Shown one piece after another: positions 61,580 to 64,000 of a DNA stretch of 64,000 bases (position 1 is its first letter; the number at the start of each line of letters is the position of its first letter). Under the pieces are notes generated by a model. That model saw nothing but the letters and a program-made list of their open reading frames with translations, was not told the origin of the DNA and did no database searches. The DNA is taken from the NCBI GenBank assembly GCA_002189035.1, contig NEEC01000004.1:2790001-2854000 (forward strand), in the 5' to 3' direction. The DNA is from Utricularia gibba (Eukaryota > Plantae > Magnoliophyta). The translations under genes and the position numbers were made by a program.

Positions 61580-62688
61580 TGATTGTGAATCTGTAAGTGC
61601 ACATAATTGTGATTGAATTTTCTTTTCAAGCAAAAACTCAAAAAGACTAAAAATAAAATAAAGATTTGAGTTTAAAAACAATAAGAAAAGTGGCTTTGGA
61701 TTTTAGATCCACCTTGCTTAAAACTCGCCATTGCGTGTGTGCAAATTTTGAACACTGATCTGCTTGCGCAAGCTCTAGGGGTGTTATTCTAAAGTAGTGC
61801 TACTCGGTGACCGTTATAGCAACGCCCCTTATTTTGTGTGATTATAGAATCAACCATGCCACCAGAGCTATTTCACCTCTTGTGATAACTCATATTTTCC
61901 CTACACCCAAATCTAACCCCTACACATCATACCTCACAGACAGATTAGACAAAATGTGTCTTACCAACGATGTCCCATTGAGACATTCTCCTTAGGTGCT
62001 TGAGACCAACCTTTGATTCTCTCACACTCCCTTTGGGTTATGTGATACTAAAAATCACGTTGGTAAAGAGAACGTTGCGAAAAACAGAATCAAACCTCAA
62101 TTTAAATGTCGAAAAATATAGTCAAGTAGTCACACGTGCAGGACTTGCGCAAGCAACGCTACACAGCAGATCCTCATCCGCAAACGCCTATACGCGCAGA
62201 CTCGACTCTAACATGAAAATAGACAGGAAAATAGGAAAGATACAAAGGAAAAGTGGTCAAAGACGTTTTTAATGGTTGAGAGGGTGGGGTATTTATAGGT
62301 GAGTAGATCCAAGTCTTCGTATTGGACTTGTTTGATGAGTTTGGATAAGATGTTCTATCTAAATCTTTTATCTAAATCTTTGAAGATCATCTTCATATCT
62401 CTATCTTATGCATGAATTTTGAACCAAATCTTTATCGTTTGACCAAGTCTTAGGCTGAGATTCGTGGCCCATCAAGTCCATAATTTGGTGGGTCTTGATT
62501 TTTCCTCAAATTTATCCACAAATACCCTAAAAATCCATAAAATACACTTTCTGTTCAAAAAGATCAAAGTAGTATGAAAGATACAAAATCAAATGAAAAT
62601 AATGAGAAAGTGGGATCTAAGATAAGTAAAAACAATATTCAAGAGTAGTGGAAGAACATGTTTTGGAATGATGTAAAATCACTTATCA
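61580..62688 (-). repeat. Solo LTR, Athila-like (1109 bp), distinct family
   Basis: Minus strand TGATAAGTG...GTGCACTTACAGATTCACAATCA; perfect TSD AACTT at 61575-61579 and 62689-62693. Minus-strand CCTATAAATA at ~62290. Confidence 0.85.
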
Positions 62689-64000
62689 AACTTTTCATTG
62701 GATATAGCATATACTACTTGATTGAATTTTTTCCTCAGTCTTTCATTATAAAAAATAGTCAAAAGATTGGAACATAGATGTCGTATAGAATGGTGATGAC
62801 ATTCACCATATTTTTATCTACAAGGCAACACTTAAAATGATGTTTTTTAATTGATTACACCAGATACATCTCTTATCTAACAAGATTCATAATATGATTT
62901 AAAAAGAAGAGAAAAAAATATACTTTACTCGATAGAATGTTCAATATGATAATGATTACAGTGAAAAAGGACAAGAAACCTACTAAAAAGAGGATGTGGT
63001 TCATTACTTATTTGATATTAATAAAAGATATGTATGTAAATATATTAATTATTCCAAAATTTGTAGATAAGTAAAAAAAAATTGTAAATGTTTATTAGCA
63101 ATAAAACTTGGTCGTAACTCTAGATTTCATCTGTATTTTATATTATTTAAAAATATAATTTTCTATAAATTTTGAAAAATTAAATTATTATAAATTATTG
63201 TATTTAAAATTATGTAAAATATAATAATAAATTTAAGAAAAAGGTTACAATACTGTTTATATTCTTCAATATCTTGTATAGCACTATTGAAATTGAAATT
63301 GAAATTTTGATTATTTTCTTCTTCAATGGTTGGTGTGGCATCAACAAATAAATCAAGCCCTATTGCGACATGCAATGGGTTGAAAATATATAGCAAATTA
63401 ATATTAGATCCAAATCTCATTAGTCTAATAAATTTCTATTTAATGTTGATCGATTTGTAAACTACAAAATGATGATATTTGACTCTTCAATTCATGAAGC
63501 TGTAATAACGATTGGAGTTTAATCATATGCCCAATATTCATTGTGATTTCTAGTATATTTTCACCCAATAAATTTGTGCTATAACTGATTGAAAAGTCAT
63601 ATTGATGAAAGTAACACAATATGTTGTGAATGCATTTTTAAAATGATGACAAAATTTCTTTTTAAATAAATGAAAAAAAAAGAATAATCGAAGTAAAGAA
63701 TATAAAAATTAGGAAAAATATGTTTGAAGATAAAGAATAAATAAATAAATAAATAATATTTGAATATAGAGAATGAAAAAAAAAGAATTTTTAAAATAAA
63801 GGATAATGCCAGTTTTTTTATAAATTGACTAATTTTTAAAACATTGAAAAATATTTGAATTAATACAAAATTTTTTAATTATACTATATTTTAAATCTAA
63901 ATTGTATTTCTTATTAAAAAATATATATTTATTTCAATAATAAAATAAGAAAATAGAACATAAATATTTTTTTATATTTATTTGTGTACTTATTATGTAG

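Noticed and set aside
62750-63660. Possible third hAT transposase remnant on the minus strand (ITAS*IEE, NINLLYIF)
   Set aside because: Motif similarity is too weak in very AT-rich sequence to support a call without a profile search.
1-64000. CRISPR arrays, rRNA/tRNA genes, organellar insertions
   Set aside because: No regularly spaced repeats, tRNA cloverleaf, rRNA or plastid/mitochondrial sequence was recognised by eye. The sequence is intron-containing plant nuclear DNA.

Overview
AT-rich flowering-plant nuclear DNA with three intact-looking host genes in a matrix of decayed transposons. The genes are (1) a 6-exon SAM-dependent putative rRNA methylase (YtqB/PF06962-like, minus, 21007-22577), (2) a 14-exon ent-kaurene synthase (TPS-e, minus, 22812-26712) ending only 234 bp upstream of gene 1, and (3) a 6-exon MYB-CC/GARP factor that matches APL/FE (plus, 48721-50250). 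TE content includes a Tat/Retand-type Ty3 element carrying a spliced antisense coiled-coil ORF (1-6652), a Reina-like chromovirus, Athila, copia, hAT and LINE remnants, and a dead two-gene PIF/Harbinger element next to the KS promoter. There are ten solo LTRs with 5-bp target-site duplications read from the sequence (seven perfect, three with one mismatch, one pair nested), and no complete two-LTR element lies within the window. I found no clearly new biological system. The best leads are the spliced antisense TE ORF, covarying hairpins in one LTR family, the Harbinger/KS promoter juxtaposition, and the very tight KS-methylase tandem. Exon coordinates and TSDs were read by hand; family names come from remembered motifs, not database searches.
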